Notes under the pieces: generated by a model
Told to the model about the DNA's origin: nothing
Databases searched by the model: none
Seen by the model: the letters and a program-made list of their open reading frames with translations, nothing else
Assembly: GCA_965644295.1 (NCBI GenBank)
Contig: CBFFRP010000378.1
Span: 451,821-515,820 of the forward strand
Origin: Paraphysomonas bandaiensis
Taxonomy: Eukaryota; Protista; Chrysophyceae
Direction of reading: 5' to 3'
DNA length: 64,000 nt
In this document: positions 11,585 through 24,125 of the stretch, in pieces
How the letters are laid out: every line of letters begins with the position of its first letter
How positions within the stretch are numbered: position 1 is the stretch's first letter
Translations under genes and position numbers: made by a program

Positions 11585-12225
11585 AAAAATAATGCTTGGT
11601 TATATTCGGGGTTCAGATTATGTCTGGTATACGGTATTCGGGTATTAGCCGGATCAATTAGAAAAGTAGTACTACCTGCCTATATAGATAGCCAAGAATA
11701 TAGCGAATACTTCATACATTGACTTTGTGTCATATGAGAATAGTCATTGCGGTATACAGTGCTTTCACATTAGAAGTGCATGTATGAACATATGACGTAA
11801 ATAATTCGTACCGAAACGATGTGATTCTCTAATCGGATCTCAATTTTGAAGCACTTCAAATTGGAATTGTTAATGACCTTTTAGGTGAGAAGAACAATAT
11901 TTAGAGTAAATACAGTTTATTTTTCTCAAACTGGTAAGCATAGCTAGTAGGGGTACGATGCAATGCACTATGCAATTACTAATTAGTGTATTGCTTATCG
12001 AGCGCCCGACAACCACTTCGCTAATGGTATATTAGCGATGAAATTAATACGACAACTGTTTTAAATAACAATACTATGTAAGCACCGTAAAGTATTTATC
12101 ATCAAATATACTGCAATGCTTATTTACGTGTTGCGCGTGACAAGGAACTCCTATACTTCCAATATAATCATCGCAACTAGCCTAAAATTACATCCCAGGC
12201 AGATACAGCGACATAAACGTTGGTT

Positions 12226-12923
12226 TTACTTCGAACCTGTTGATATCTCTTTCGGAGCAGCAGATTTTTCACTCTGACTATTCAGACTGAGTGAATCGAC
12301 ACCAGCAGTCACTTCGTCTGCGCTTTTTGCACTATCATCCCCATCGACTGGCTTGTTACCAGATTTTTCCTTTGAAAAATTACATCTCATGGCGTAAGCA
12401 TCCTCACCATCTGCGTAATAACCTCGTTCTATGTCTGTTATTTCATACCCTAAGGTTTGGGAGTACAGGTGGTAGGCTGCTCTGTTTGTGTAACGAACAT
12501 GCAGACTACAGTACTCGGCATTGAATGATTCTGCCATTCGAGCATGAGCCATTTTCATTAGCTTCGTAGCAATCCCACACTTTCGGTTAGTTTTGGCCAC
12601 TGCTAGTGACGTAATATGACCATGAGGAACATCCGCATCTTCTTCCATTTTAGCAAGAACATAACCAACAATCTTAACAAACACATGAACAGACATCGTT
12701 TAATATATAAATATATCTCACCTGTCCCTTATGGTTTTCAGCAACATGAAGTAGCTGTGGCCAAGATAATTGATGGTACATATAATACTTCATCTGATAG
12801 TTCTCAGGAAGGCACCAGAGATTAGTAGTTTGCATTTGCAATAAATCCTCAGCCTGTAAATTTATTACTCACTTGTGGATTAGATGCATTGAAACTTACC
12901 GTAGCTTGTCGAATACACACCAT
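12226..12923 (-). CDS. NAA10: N-alpha-acetyltransferase 10 (NatA catalytic subunit, ARD1), 3 exons
   Basis: MVCIRQAT|[34 protein letters not shown]...|[12 protein letters not shown]...HGHITSLAV...SLHVR...[11 protein letters not shown]. Confidence 0.95.
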
Positions 12924-13178
12924 TTCTACAATATATTTATAAGGTAGAAATATTTATATTTAATTATATGTGTCCTGAGGTTGGAATTTAGTGTATTGCT
13001 TTACTTTAAGCAGTGAGTGCAGTGCAGTGAACTCGCCTGTCCTCTCTTGGCTCTCAGTTCATTCATTTTCTCTAATTTTTAGAACTGAATGTCTATAATA
13101 TCTCCTTTTTTTTCGTTGTCTCCAACTAAATTTTTCTTTATAGTCCTAATTTTATGTGATGAACGAGTTTTAAGTCTG

Positions 13179-13372
13179 AAAATAGCAGGATTTTAGGAAA
13201 AAACAGCCTAATATTAAGGTGAGGGTGGGAAGAAGAGATTTCCCAAAATCCTGAAATCAGATAATATTAGACAAAAATATCGTGAGACTCCTCTGTAGAA
13301 AACAACCATTGAATAATGGCAGGATTTTGGGAAATATGTGCTGTCTCGTTGGTTATGTATGGTAGTGGGGTG
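13179..13372. repeat. 194-bp direct repeat, copy 1 (identical to 15057-15250); contains a partial MITE
   Basis: Base-by-base identity by eye, offset 1878 bp. Confidence 0.9.
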
Positions 13373-15033
13373 ACTGTATAGTACGTATAGTGGTATGGTA
13401 TACACTGTCATGGAAGAGTGGAATCATATCATCACACTAACGGCCCAATTGCTACATATCACTGACAAGAAGACAGAGAACAGCGATCGGAAGCGCTCAG
13501 GAGGTAGTCTCAAAGCGTCTATGCACCAAGACAGATAGATATGACGGTGGCATGATGAAACTATTCCCTGAATGATGGATACGATACATACATGAAGATC
13601 CACCAGTATCCTCTTCATTGTACCACTCTCATACTGGAGAGTTTCCGAATGATACTTTGATTGAAGTTTTTGGTCATATGTATTGGTAACGGAGGTGACT
13701 ACATTCTGGATGAAGAAATTTTTCTACAACTCAGTAAGCAATATCCGGTAAAATAGAGGCAGTCCATCGGCAGATCATATGACGGTTTATGCAATAGTTT
13801 AGATGGCAGTGCACGCAACAGTTTGTCAGCATTTCGTATGACAGTTCATATGAGAGTGCATGCAGCAGTTCAGATGACAGCGCACGCTGTTAATCCTTAA
13901 TCGGCATTTCGTATGACAGTGCATGCAACAATCATTCAGATGACATTTATACCACGGTTCATATGAAAGTGTATGAAACAGTTTAGATGACAGTGCGTCA
14001 CGTGTACTACTTTTTAAAAGACAATTAAAAGGTAAAAGTAATGGTATAGTTCGGCAGTTCAAGTAAATTATTACTATATGGAGCGTAAGGGCTCAATTGT
14101 TACATATCAGACAAAAAACCAAATATATTAACACGTAACTAATAACTATATTACACATGGGGTAATAGAGATTTCCCACCACAGACAACTAAACACGCGA
14201 ATTACACTTCCACTCCCAGCATATCCGAAGCTTGTTGCCAAGAAAAAGTCTGGGATGTTTCGTCATCCTACATCACTTACATATCACCCAGTGTCTTCTT
14301 GCTGGCAATATATTATACCATATTTATCACATATAAATGGTATAGTATGTAATACATAGTGTCATACATTACTATGTTATAATACATACATTGCATGTCT
14401 TCTGTGGATGACTTCAAGTGGGGTGACTTCTTCGATAATTCCTCTCCACAATATATCCACAGCTGAAATATCATACTTGTAATATCTAAATATGACACCC
14501 TCAGTCGTATTCATCGTCCTGTACATACAGACTGATGTTAATCCTGTGAGATATTTAATGGAACACATACATATATATATACATACATATAGTGCGTACA
14601 TCCCCTACCCCATATATATATTATACATAGCCATACTGGTAGCTGTAGTGGCTTAAGTTCTGTATTCACCTTATTCCGCCATCCTATGTGTCGTACCACA
14701 CACATAAAGAGGGCAATGAGGGCGCTTTTAGCCTTTCTGTGTGTACCTCTCTATAGGTCTTGTATTGTTGTCTCTGAGATCATAGGGAGGAACAACTCAC
14801 CTTGGATATGATCCATACACACAACTCCGTCGAAACACGTCTACGGAAGAGCTGAGATCATTGTTTTACTGATGCTATAGACCTTCTATTCATGCGTGTA
14901 ATCTCATAGTAATGTCATGTATGTATCAAACCATATCAACAGCTAGAATACAAACCGCTGTATTATGTAATACATACCATTATACATGTATAACCTCATT
15001 CACTGTATTATGTAATACATATATTGACTATAC

Positions 15034-15213
15034 ATTTCCCAAAATCCTGCCTTTCTAAAATAGCAGGATTTTAGGAAAAAACAGCCTAATATTAAGGTGA
15101 GGGTGGGAAGAAGAGATTTCCCAAAATCCTGAAATCAGATAATATTAGACAAAAATATCGTGAGACTCCTCTGTAGAAAACAACCATTGAATAATGGCAG
15201 GATTTTGGGAAAT
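15034..15213. mobile_element. MITE with 18-bp TIR (ATTTCCCAAAATCCTGCC), overlapping direct-repeat copy 2 (15057-15250)
   Basis: TIR at 15034-15051 and its reverse complement at 15196-15213. A related end also occurs at ~50729-50757. Confidence 0.7.
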
Positions 15214-15464
15214 ATGTGCTGTCTCGTTGGTTATGTATGGTAGTGGGGTGTTTTTATAGCCATTCCTTGCGAGTCCCCCGTCGAGCAATACAAAACCTGG
15301 AGTACAATACAAGCTTGTATATAGCTATGTATTCCACTGTATACCACCATTAACGGCAGAAGGGATGCTCCACTAACATATCAGTGCATGCATATGCATT
15401 GAATTCCACTCTTACATTGTTATTATTGTCATAAGTTGGGCGAATCACGTGTAACTTGATAAGA

Positions 15465-18199
15465 ATGGATGCGGTAAAAGGGTTTTCGAAGTGGATAGGG
15501 GCGAATATATGCAATTCTTTGCATATGGACTCCACTGGAAACAGTCGAGAAAAGATCTGCTTTACTACTGCATCACAGCCCTGTGATTATGTAGATATGG
15601 CAACTATGTGTTGTACTAACAATATCAGATTGATTTTACCTTTATCTCAACGCAAAATGTTGCCATTTTATTCCACTATATGTGACATTGAAATTATACC
15701 GCTGCGTATGATGCATTATACATATACGAGAGACACACATATGGAGATACTGCCATTACATCCCGATATTACGATACTTGAAGATAGCAGCAAGGCACAA
15801 ATTACTTTACAACACATTATAGCGTCCTCATTTATTTCCTCCCTTTCTGAGCTGACTGCAGACATATCATGTGTAAGCGGTGAGATAAGGGTGGAAGGGA
15901 AGTTAGTTGCAGCAGCAGTAGCAGGGCATGAATATTTTTATGTATATCGTTGGTGTGATTTATTTACTGATAAAGATAAGCTGGTAGGAATGATTACCGC
16001 TGTTATTGCAAGTTGGCGTGCCAGATTTCCAAACACCTCTGAAAGACTGTTGACTGTTCTCTGCAGTGGGGAGGAACTTATTAACGATGCCTTGAATATG
16101 TGTAATTTCCTTCCCCATCCAGCATGCCAGTTAATTGATAATCCAGATGGTCTATTTGACTGCATTCGTTTCTCGAAGCTAATTCCTATGCCCTCACTCT
16201 CACTCCCCAGGGAATCCGACGGTGACTATCCAGATGCTATATTTCTTCTCATGGGACAGAGCAATATGGCAGGACGAGGAGAAGTTAGTGAGCTTCAAGA
16301 CTTCTCCGGATGTATTCAATCTATTCAAGAGCGAGTGCGGGCCCTACACCATGGTTGGGAGGAGAGAGGCCACCCCCCCTTTGTAAAGTCATTAGAGACA
16401 CATGCCTCATCTATTTTTCTTGATGTCCCATACAAGTCGAGGGTATTCACTTTCAACCCCATGTCCCTGAAATGGAGTACTTTGTATGTTTACATTTATT
16501 GTACTCTTTTTCACTGACTTGCTGTTCAGGGACAATGTCATGGAACTGCACCGTTCAGTAGATATATTAAAATCCCCAGGTCTTGGTCCCGGTCCGAGCT
16601 TCGCCTGCCGTTACTTAGATATCAATGTAAAACTACTGACTTCGCGTTTACCGTGGTATATGATTACGTGTGTTTCAGGGAAATACATGCAGAGTAGGCC
16701 TTATACCAGCAGCTGTGGGGGCAACCTCTGCTGAAGAATGGATGCCGTATTACTGCCCTACATATTCCACTGGCTGTCCTGTTGTTGATGGTGACTCTTG
16801 TATCCATCCACCGGCGTATATATATCACAAGGGATGTGTAAATTTGTTTTCATGTGCACTGAGAAGTCTGCACCAGGCTCTTTTACAGCTTGTTCTCCAG
16901 CGAAGGCAAATTTTTTCTCGACCCTCAATGGAAGAAAAATGTACTACTCTGCGCAATATGGTGAAAGGTGTACTGTGGTATCAGGGATGTAACGATGCTT
17001 TGGATGTAAATAATGCTGAAATTTTTGGCGATAGGTTTGTGGAATTTGTCGATTTTGTCAGAGAGAGTGTGGACATAACTGTGCGAGCCGTACTAAAGCA
17101 ACTTTTTTCTCCCATGTCAACTCTTTCATTGGACTCTGGCATACCCACCATTGGCCCACTTATCCCCATTGTGAATGTGGCTATCACAAGTACACGCCCT
17201 TGGCTGACAGAAATATCTACTGTCCGACGACATCAGTTGAATGCATGCTGTCGCGTAGAAGCGTTGCGCACGGTGGATGCCCTAGGGAGCATTTTGAAAG
17301 GAGACTGCATTCACCTGGCTGCCCCAGCTGCAGTTCTGATTGGGTACTTAATGGCCGATGCTTTATGCGAAGCTGCCAATTGCACGTCAGTGCAAGTCAC
17401 GGATGAAAACGGAATTCGTCGTGTTTGTGATATGATGAATGCAAAGGAAAGAAAATGCCTCGATGTGTACCTTGATGCTAGAAAGCAGGCTGAGTTTGAG
17501 ATGGACGAGCGATACAACGCGGCGCAGGCTACACCAAAGGAAGGGAGGAAGGTGTTCCCAATACTCCGGACCGGTCTGAAGCCTGTAAACTTTGTGTATG
17601 GTGAGGTGTCATTTGAAGGTGCTGCAATGATATTGCACGAAATATCTTTTCGTAGAGCTATACACGCTTCAAGCAATGAGTTATCACTGCCACTAAAATT
17701 TGTGGATCTGGGGTGTGGTGCCGGGAATGCCATGGCTGCTGCGGCTCTTACTGGGGGTTTCGGTGTAGTGATGGGTATTGACCTAATGCGGTCGAAGCTT
17801 GAAACGTGTAGTCTTCTCCTTGGTCATATTAGAGAAAGAGCTCGTATCGACACACCCGACGCGCTGGTGAAAATCTGGCCGGAGATATCCGTCATTGAGG
17901 GGAACTTTGTTGAGGATATAGAGAATTGGATTGATTCTGACGTTGTGTTTATATGCTCCACTTGCTTTGCAATAGACCAGATGACCATTCTTTACGACAA
18001 ATTCAAGCAGCTCAAGCACGGGAGCACTGTGGTACTTCTTGACAAACGTATTACTGATACAATTTGCGAAGATGGGGAACTAGTTGCATCTCTTAAACCA
18101 ACACAGGATGTAGAGCACAGAACGATGGAGATGATATTTAGTTGTCAAATTCATGGATCATGGGGCACTGCATGTGCTTATATATACCAACGGATTTAG
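15465..18199 (+). CDS. Multidomain protein: unknown N-terminal region + SASA/CE6 (SGNH) acetylesterase + DOT1-like class I SAM methyltransferase; 2 introns
   Basis: Esterase blocks IFLLMGQSNMAGRG, ELHRSVD..GLGPGPSFA, VGLIPAAVGATSAEEW, VKGVLWYQGCND, DCIHL. Methyltransferase blocks FVYGEV, FVDLGCGAG, GIDLM, IEGNF, DVVFICSTCF. Introns at ~16484-16529 and ~16627-16678. Confidence 0.8.
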
Positions 18200-18898
18200 A
18201 CTTTACTATTATAGATATTATAGGAAATACGGAAATACGTACGTTGTGGAATCAATAGCTACAAAGTAGATCTACTCCGTATTTCATTAACGAGATAGTA
18301 GATATATATGATGGAATGTCATTGAATTTACCGTTTATGATGGTGGTGTCAGCCAACTCCCTTTCTTGCTCTCTTCGAGAGGATTTCGTCTGACTCGTAC
18401 TGCTATATACCTATATACTATATACATTGCTCTATATACTTCTTACTGGGAGAAGTTGGTTCCAACACAATAGAATTTTAGAGAAGATCCAAAACTATCA
18501 AGAATAGTAGACAAAGTAAACAAGTGATCGCTGCATATATTTTCAGCAATGTATAAAAGAACAAAGAACCACTTATTTATGACTGTATTTATTACTAATT
18601 ACTAAAATTGAATACGTTTAATCATTTATACCTTGGCTAAGTTATTACTCCAAAACCTCAGATTAAAAATGTTTGTCTCATTAGATGATAGAGTTCCACT
18701 ATGCTGACACGCCTACTGCGTACTAATAAGACGTTAAATAATGTTTGTCTCAGCTAGAAACACACGCAACTATTACACCGTTCAAATATTATAGTACAAA
18801 CAATCATACCATTAGACAGTCAGCATATGCACTGTCTTCCACGTACAATAGTTGCTACAACCATTGCGCCCTCTACTAGAAAAAACGTTGGTCAGTAC

Positions 18899-19963
18899 TT
18901 ATTCCACTACCGAACAATGGTCAACAGGAATATAGAACTTCCTGTAGAACTTGCCATCCGAAAATTCCCTTGCTGCAGGGTGGGGGTTCGATTTACTTTT
19001 GTCTTCCACCAGCACGGTAACCCTTTTCTGAACTCTATTAACCCGTCCCTTGAACCGTTCGCCTTCAAATTCAAAAGCGACGATTGCTCCAACTACTATA
19101 CTTTTCTCAACGTAGGCCTGTTCATCAGTTGTTGGGAGATCATGCGTCCAGTCTGTCTGTCCAAACAGATTCCGAACCGCTCGTTGGAAGGTAGGTCCAT
19201 GGTATGGCTCGCGTTGAAATCCCTCGGGTAGATTATCACGAACATAATTGCAGCAGAACAGCAAATGAATCATTTCATGCTGAACAATACTGAGTAGGCA
19301 ATCCAATCTAGACCTGCACACTATTCCATTAACAGTGATACTTCTGTTAAAAGAAACAGGGGAAAACGCTTTAAAAAGAAGATGAGATGACACTCCTAAT
19401 TCATGAACCAAAGGACAACGACTATCTGTTACCACCTGGCCTGCACGACTTGTCATTCGACTGGACGCTCGAAACAATACCTTCCGCTTTTCGAGTTTCA
19501 TCAATTTACTTAGCACACCAAACATTAAAGTGTCATCTATAATACGGTACACTTTCTCAATGTGATTTGCATCAATCGAATGAAAATTTGGTGTCCCAAA
19601 TACTTTAAGTGATCTAGATGAAACACTGTTTTGTAATGCCTCTAGTGTTTCCAAGTCTCTTGACGAGCGGTTGTGACGTATGCAATCCATTAACTCCAAA
19701 ATATGTGATTTAAAATCATTTCGATCTTCATGAGAATTGTTTTCTTTGTGTTTTTTATTTGAAGGGATCGTATCTGATATATATGAAGAATGAGACCGTT
19801 CAGCAGGGATTGTACGAGAGGAATGAGATCGTTCAATAGTTCTATGGGGATTTCCACTGATGTGATGTGTGTACTCACATTCATCATCACTAATAACTAT
19901 AACTCTCTTGCGTTTATTTCTCTTATGATCATTTGAATAAGTATAAGAAGGATCACTTTGCAT
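18899..19963 (-). CDS. SprT-like zinc metalloprotease with C-terminal SH3/KOW-like barrel (bacterial type), intronless
   Basis: SSRMTSRAG, HEMIH (HExxH), YHGPTFQRAVRNLFGQTD, VGAIVAFEFEGERFKGRVNRVQKRVTVLVED..FSDGKFYRKFYIP. Start set at MQSDPSY; an upstream ATG at 20098 is possible. Confidence 0.85.
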   Translation of the reverse strand: MQSDPSYTYSNDHKRNKRKRVIVISDDECEYTHHISGNPHRTIERSHSSRTIPAERSHSSYISDTIPSNKKHKENNSHEDRNDFKSHILELMDCIRHNRSSRDLETLEALQNSVSSRSLKVFGTPNFHSIDANHIEKVYRIIDDTLMFGVLSKLMKLEKRKVLFRASSRMTSRAGQVVTDSRCPLVHELGVSSHLLFKAFSPVSFNRSITVNGIVCRSRLDCLLSIVQHEMIHLLFCCNYVRDNLPEGFQREPYHGPTFQRAVRNLFGQTDWTHDLPTTDEQAYVEKSIVVGAIVAFEFEGERFKGRVNRVQKRVTVLVEDKSKSNPHPAAREFSDGKFYRKFYIPVDHCSVVE

Positions 19964-20248
19964 GATGGAATATATATAGATGGGTCGAGGAGGAGTGAAT
20001 GAGTTGAGTTCTTGAGGTGCAGTGGAATAGAAGCAAATCACACTATAGGCAGAATTAGCTACATGTGGGGAGGTACTCTGCTGTACATATGTACACACCA
20101 GTTGCTACTGTTGTACTTTGTGTACAACACGATCTTTGTGGAGGTATACAGTCAGTATAACGGTATACCAAGAGTGGATGTGCGTTGTGATGGTTTTACG
20201 GCCTTCATATCGGCATCACACCATTTGTATATTTTTGTTCAAAGATGC

Positions 20249-20345
20249 CTCTAAAATTGAGAGAACAATTATCTGTATTCTCTCCGTAATTGTACTGCAA
20301 TAATATAGAAGAATTTTGCTTCAATTTATTTCCGAAAAATAAGAA
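20249..20345. repeat. Dispersed repeat, diverged copy at 26371-26466
   Basis: Shared CTCTAA.ATTGAGA.AACAATTATCTGTATTCT..CCGTA...TCCGAAAAATAAGA. Confidence 0.75.
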
Positions 20346-21664
20346 CGTTGTTACGCTGTCATTGTACAGTATCATGATCATGTCGTTTGAAAACACCTCA
20401 AAACAGAAAGATTGTAAGGAAGGTATATATATATATGTTCTTGGTACATGGGTTTATATGATCATGTTTTATATATCTTTCCTTTTTTGTATGGCTTTTG
20501 TCGTCCTGTGTGTGTTAACTCATCAACAACAAAGTATCACAACATGGTGTTCATATAAACCCAATTACCTTTTAAATCTTAGATATCACTATTCCTCGGC
20601 TCTTACAGTCTTTCCCTTTTGAGGTGTAGTAGAGTATTTTTTTTAGTTTCAAAGGTAATTATTATTGTGGTTAATTTTATAGACAGAATATAAGGATTAG
20701 GTCTCAGTAGTACTGTAGGTATATACTCATTATTATTTCAAGTATTTCTGAAGAACTAAATTTTCATATTATAACACTTTCTTCTCTATGTAAATATCTG
20801 CATTGCAAGAGCAATATTATAGATTGCATGATGCTGAACAGAAGAATATGTTGTATGAATACTTTATGCGTCAGAAACTCATTAAGATTGAGTATATACC
20901 TACTCATAGCAAGAGGGTGTCCCAATGTTCTACATTTCTATCCCATAAATGATGGAATAAAGTGATATGCCAGACGATGTAGTCAAACAGGTCAAACATA
21001 TCATGCGTCGCGAGAGAATTAAAATGTGGAACCACTCACCACGTGTCACGGCCACATCACAGATGAGCAATCATGCGAACATTGTTTAGTTTACGAAATG
21101 TCAACAGTACTCACCGTTTAGAAATATCGAGTTGATTTAGTACCCTTTGTAAATGTCCTCAGCGACATCTTTTCGGAAGGAAAGTATATAGTATAGTATA
21201 TCGTCAAGTTCTACACCACATTTATTATTGCTTTTTAATAAAACTCAAGCAACCCGCCTATGTTGATATTACAGAGCACACAGAAATAACACTTTATGAC
21301 GAACGTATACAACTGCAGTATTCATAGTGTCCTCATCCATAGCCATTAGATATGGGAATTGACTTAACCGTATGTTTATTATATGCTGGTCTTGTGTAAA
21401 CTAAATACGTGGAGTAATAGAGCAAAAAAATATAATATGCAAGCTGCAATATAACACAACATTCTAGCTATGCTTAGGTACATTGTAATGTTCGATATAT
21501 TAGAGCTATGCTTCCGCCATTACTGTACACCAGTTTGTTGGCTCTCTTATGGGTAAAAATATGTATAAGGAGTACTATTTGCTTCAATTATCCTGTCACA
21601 GACCCCTACTTCTAACTTCTAAGTGCTGGGTATACGGTATACACACCGAATGAGAAGATCGTCT

Positions 21665-22716
21665 TCATGAAGTCGAACTCGATCGCTTACATACGGTTAA
21701 AACCTTTTAGACAAATTTGAAGTTGCAAAGGTTTCTAATTTTGATACTTCCTACAGTTGCATTATGATGCCACATAACCACCAGCTCTGTTCTAGTTACT
21801 TCATGTACCCGGAGAACAGTGCCTTCCAGTCTCCTCCGGTTTTTTGATGCTATGCGCTTTCCCACGTAGTGCTGTAGCATGGCCTCGACGTCTGCAGTCA
21901 GATTTAAGAAGCTAAGCTGACAACTATTTAACTCTGATGTATGAGTATCACATAGCGCTGTTATATTCTCCTCGTGGCGCCGAATAACACAATTGATCAG
22001 AGTGGCGAGACACGTAGGAGAATATAGATGCCTACAAGAACTGAACAGTGCCTCGTCCGCAAGCAAGTTTGGGTTCCTAAATAGATCACATTAGATCAAA
22101 TACAACTTACTAAACAAACATACCTTATGCACCACTCACTTATGTCCGCAGGGAGTGCATTACACGGGTCACCCAGCATATGTAGAACTGCAATGGCGTC
22201 CCAGATAGAGACCTCCAGCCCATTCTGCACCCCAGCAGTCGTTGCACTCGTTCCGAAAGTATTTTCTTGAACATGTCGTAAAACTTCGGTCATATGAGAG
22301 ACAATAGTATCGCATAGCTGTCCGATACGCATGAACTTTGCAGTGCGGGCAAGTTGTAGAAGAGAACATTCAGGGAATATCAAATCAGAAGAATCGGAGT
22401 GCATGTACACCAATGCAGCAACCACATTGCATGATTCTTCTTCCTTGAGTTCAAGAACAAACTCAGTGCAATCATCTTCATTCTCATAGTCAACAGATTC
22501 CATCTTTTCAGCAAGCAATTTCGAGTGACGATGTCCATCTATTATAAGGAGATTGTCAGGATATCAATACTAAGAAATATACTTACACAAACACTGGTAT
22601 TCGCTTGCGACAATGTTGATTATATCCTGAGTCCTTGTGAGGCGTATATGTAAACATTGATTAGTTTTAGTTTTAATGGGAACTAGCCATAAAATATTAT
22701 CACTTTCCTTCTCCAT
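21665..22716 (-). CDS. BTB/POZ-like domain protein, multi-exon
   Basis: HSKLLAEKM...LELKEEESCNVVAALVYMHSD...LLQLARTAKFMRIGQLCDTIVSHM; GT-AG introns join ORFs 22096-22518 and 21707-22066. Confidence 0.6.
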
Positions 22717-23154
22717 TGCCAGGGTGATGATATGAAGGAATCATTGATATTAATGAAATAAATGAGATGTAAAATAATCATATGTCAAGAGTGCTGCACT
22801 TTAGTCTGCAAGTTATAAGTATGGTGTCCACTGTAACACTGTACTGTTATAAACACAGTCATGTCAATGTCTATGTGTTGTGTATATAGCTACTCTGTAC
22901 CTTATCCAATCAGATCTCATTTTTTAATCAATGAGCCAATATTATCGTAATATATAGTAATACGATCTTTCTATTGGATAACACGTTTCACTTTTACAAC
23001 AAGAACAGTATTTCAATATAGCAGAATCCCATTCTGTAATAGTCTCACATATATGCATGATATCCATATGTAACACACACATCATAGGCATCGACCATGA
23101 TAGTGTATTATACATTCCCTTTATATCCTTACTATTAATATATAAGCTAACACA

Positions 23155-23681
23155 ATGAGTGATTATCATCAGAGCAGTGATATCGAATCATTAGTGAATA
23201 CTTTTACTAAACAAAGTCAAAATCTTCGAAATTTAGAAATTGAGTGTGATTTATTAGAAATTGAAATCGCCCAAAAAGACGATAAAGTTCATTCTTTACA
23301 TAAAGAAAACCAAAAGATTAGTGCTGCGAATGATGATCTTTTGGAAAGGTTTTCATGTAACTGATCTTGACATTATATAACCGTTCGAAAACAAGGATTG
23401 AAGTGCATCAAGAAACTCAAAATTGTATTGAGAAAGAACTCGCTAGCACACAATCTTCGAAGACAAAAATGATGATGACAATGCAAGCCATGCAGTCTAA
23501 GGTTGAGTCTCTGAAGGAAGAACAGGACGCGGAAAGGAATAAGATACTCGAAATGATTACTCAGACTCAAGAAAAAATCAAATATGAAGATCACATGCGG
23601 AATGAGATGATGAAGTTGGGTGTGGTATCTTACTTTCACAGTATATGCTCTGAAATAAAAGAGGAATCAAGTCCAGTATAA
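23155..23681 (+). CDS. Small coiled-coil protein, 2 exons
   Basis: Intron 23349-23396 (GT...AG) joins the two ORFs in frame; E/K/Q-rich heptad pattern. Confidence 0.6.
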
Positions 23682-24125
23682 ATATTTATCATCATTTCTC
23701 TGTGTGATATTTCCCCCGCCATCACATGGCTTTCTGTTACGATGTTACTTCATGGGGATACGATTTGTTATACGAGGTTATCATATTTAGCTTCTCTGCG
23801 AATTATTTTGCTTTTATACTTTACGCGCAAAGTTTTAAATAAAATATAGGAGACATTTTTTGAATATGAGCTTCTTTTAGGCATAGTTCATAGTTTATCG
23901 TTCATATTGAGTGAAATGAATACGACAAGGGTGTGATACGTTTTGGAATTACCTATGCTATAGGACGAAGAAAGAATGTGACCTACTATACATAAACTAT
24001 TATATACACAGTACTGCAACATCACATAAGCATCGGTAAATTGAGGTTTGTAGAAGATTGTTGTTACTTATATGCACAGCTTGTATATTCTAATACAAAT
24101 AATCAGACACTTATCATATCGCTAA

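Noticed and set aside
14160-14900. Degenerate minus-strand gene fragments
   Set aside because: Stops in all frames and no recognisable family.
13179-15250. LTR retrotransposon or TRIM
   Set aside because: The repeats lack TG..CA ends, PBS, PPT and TSD.
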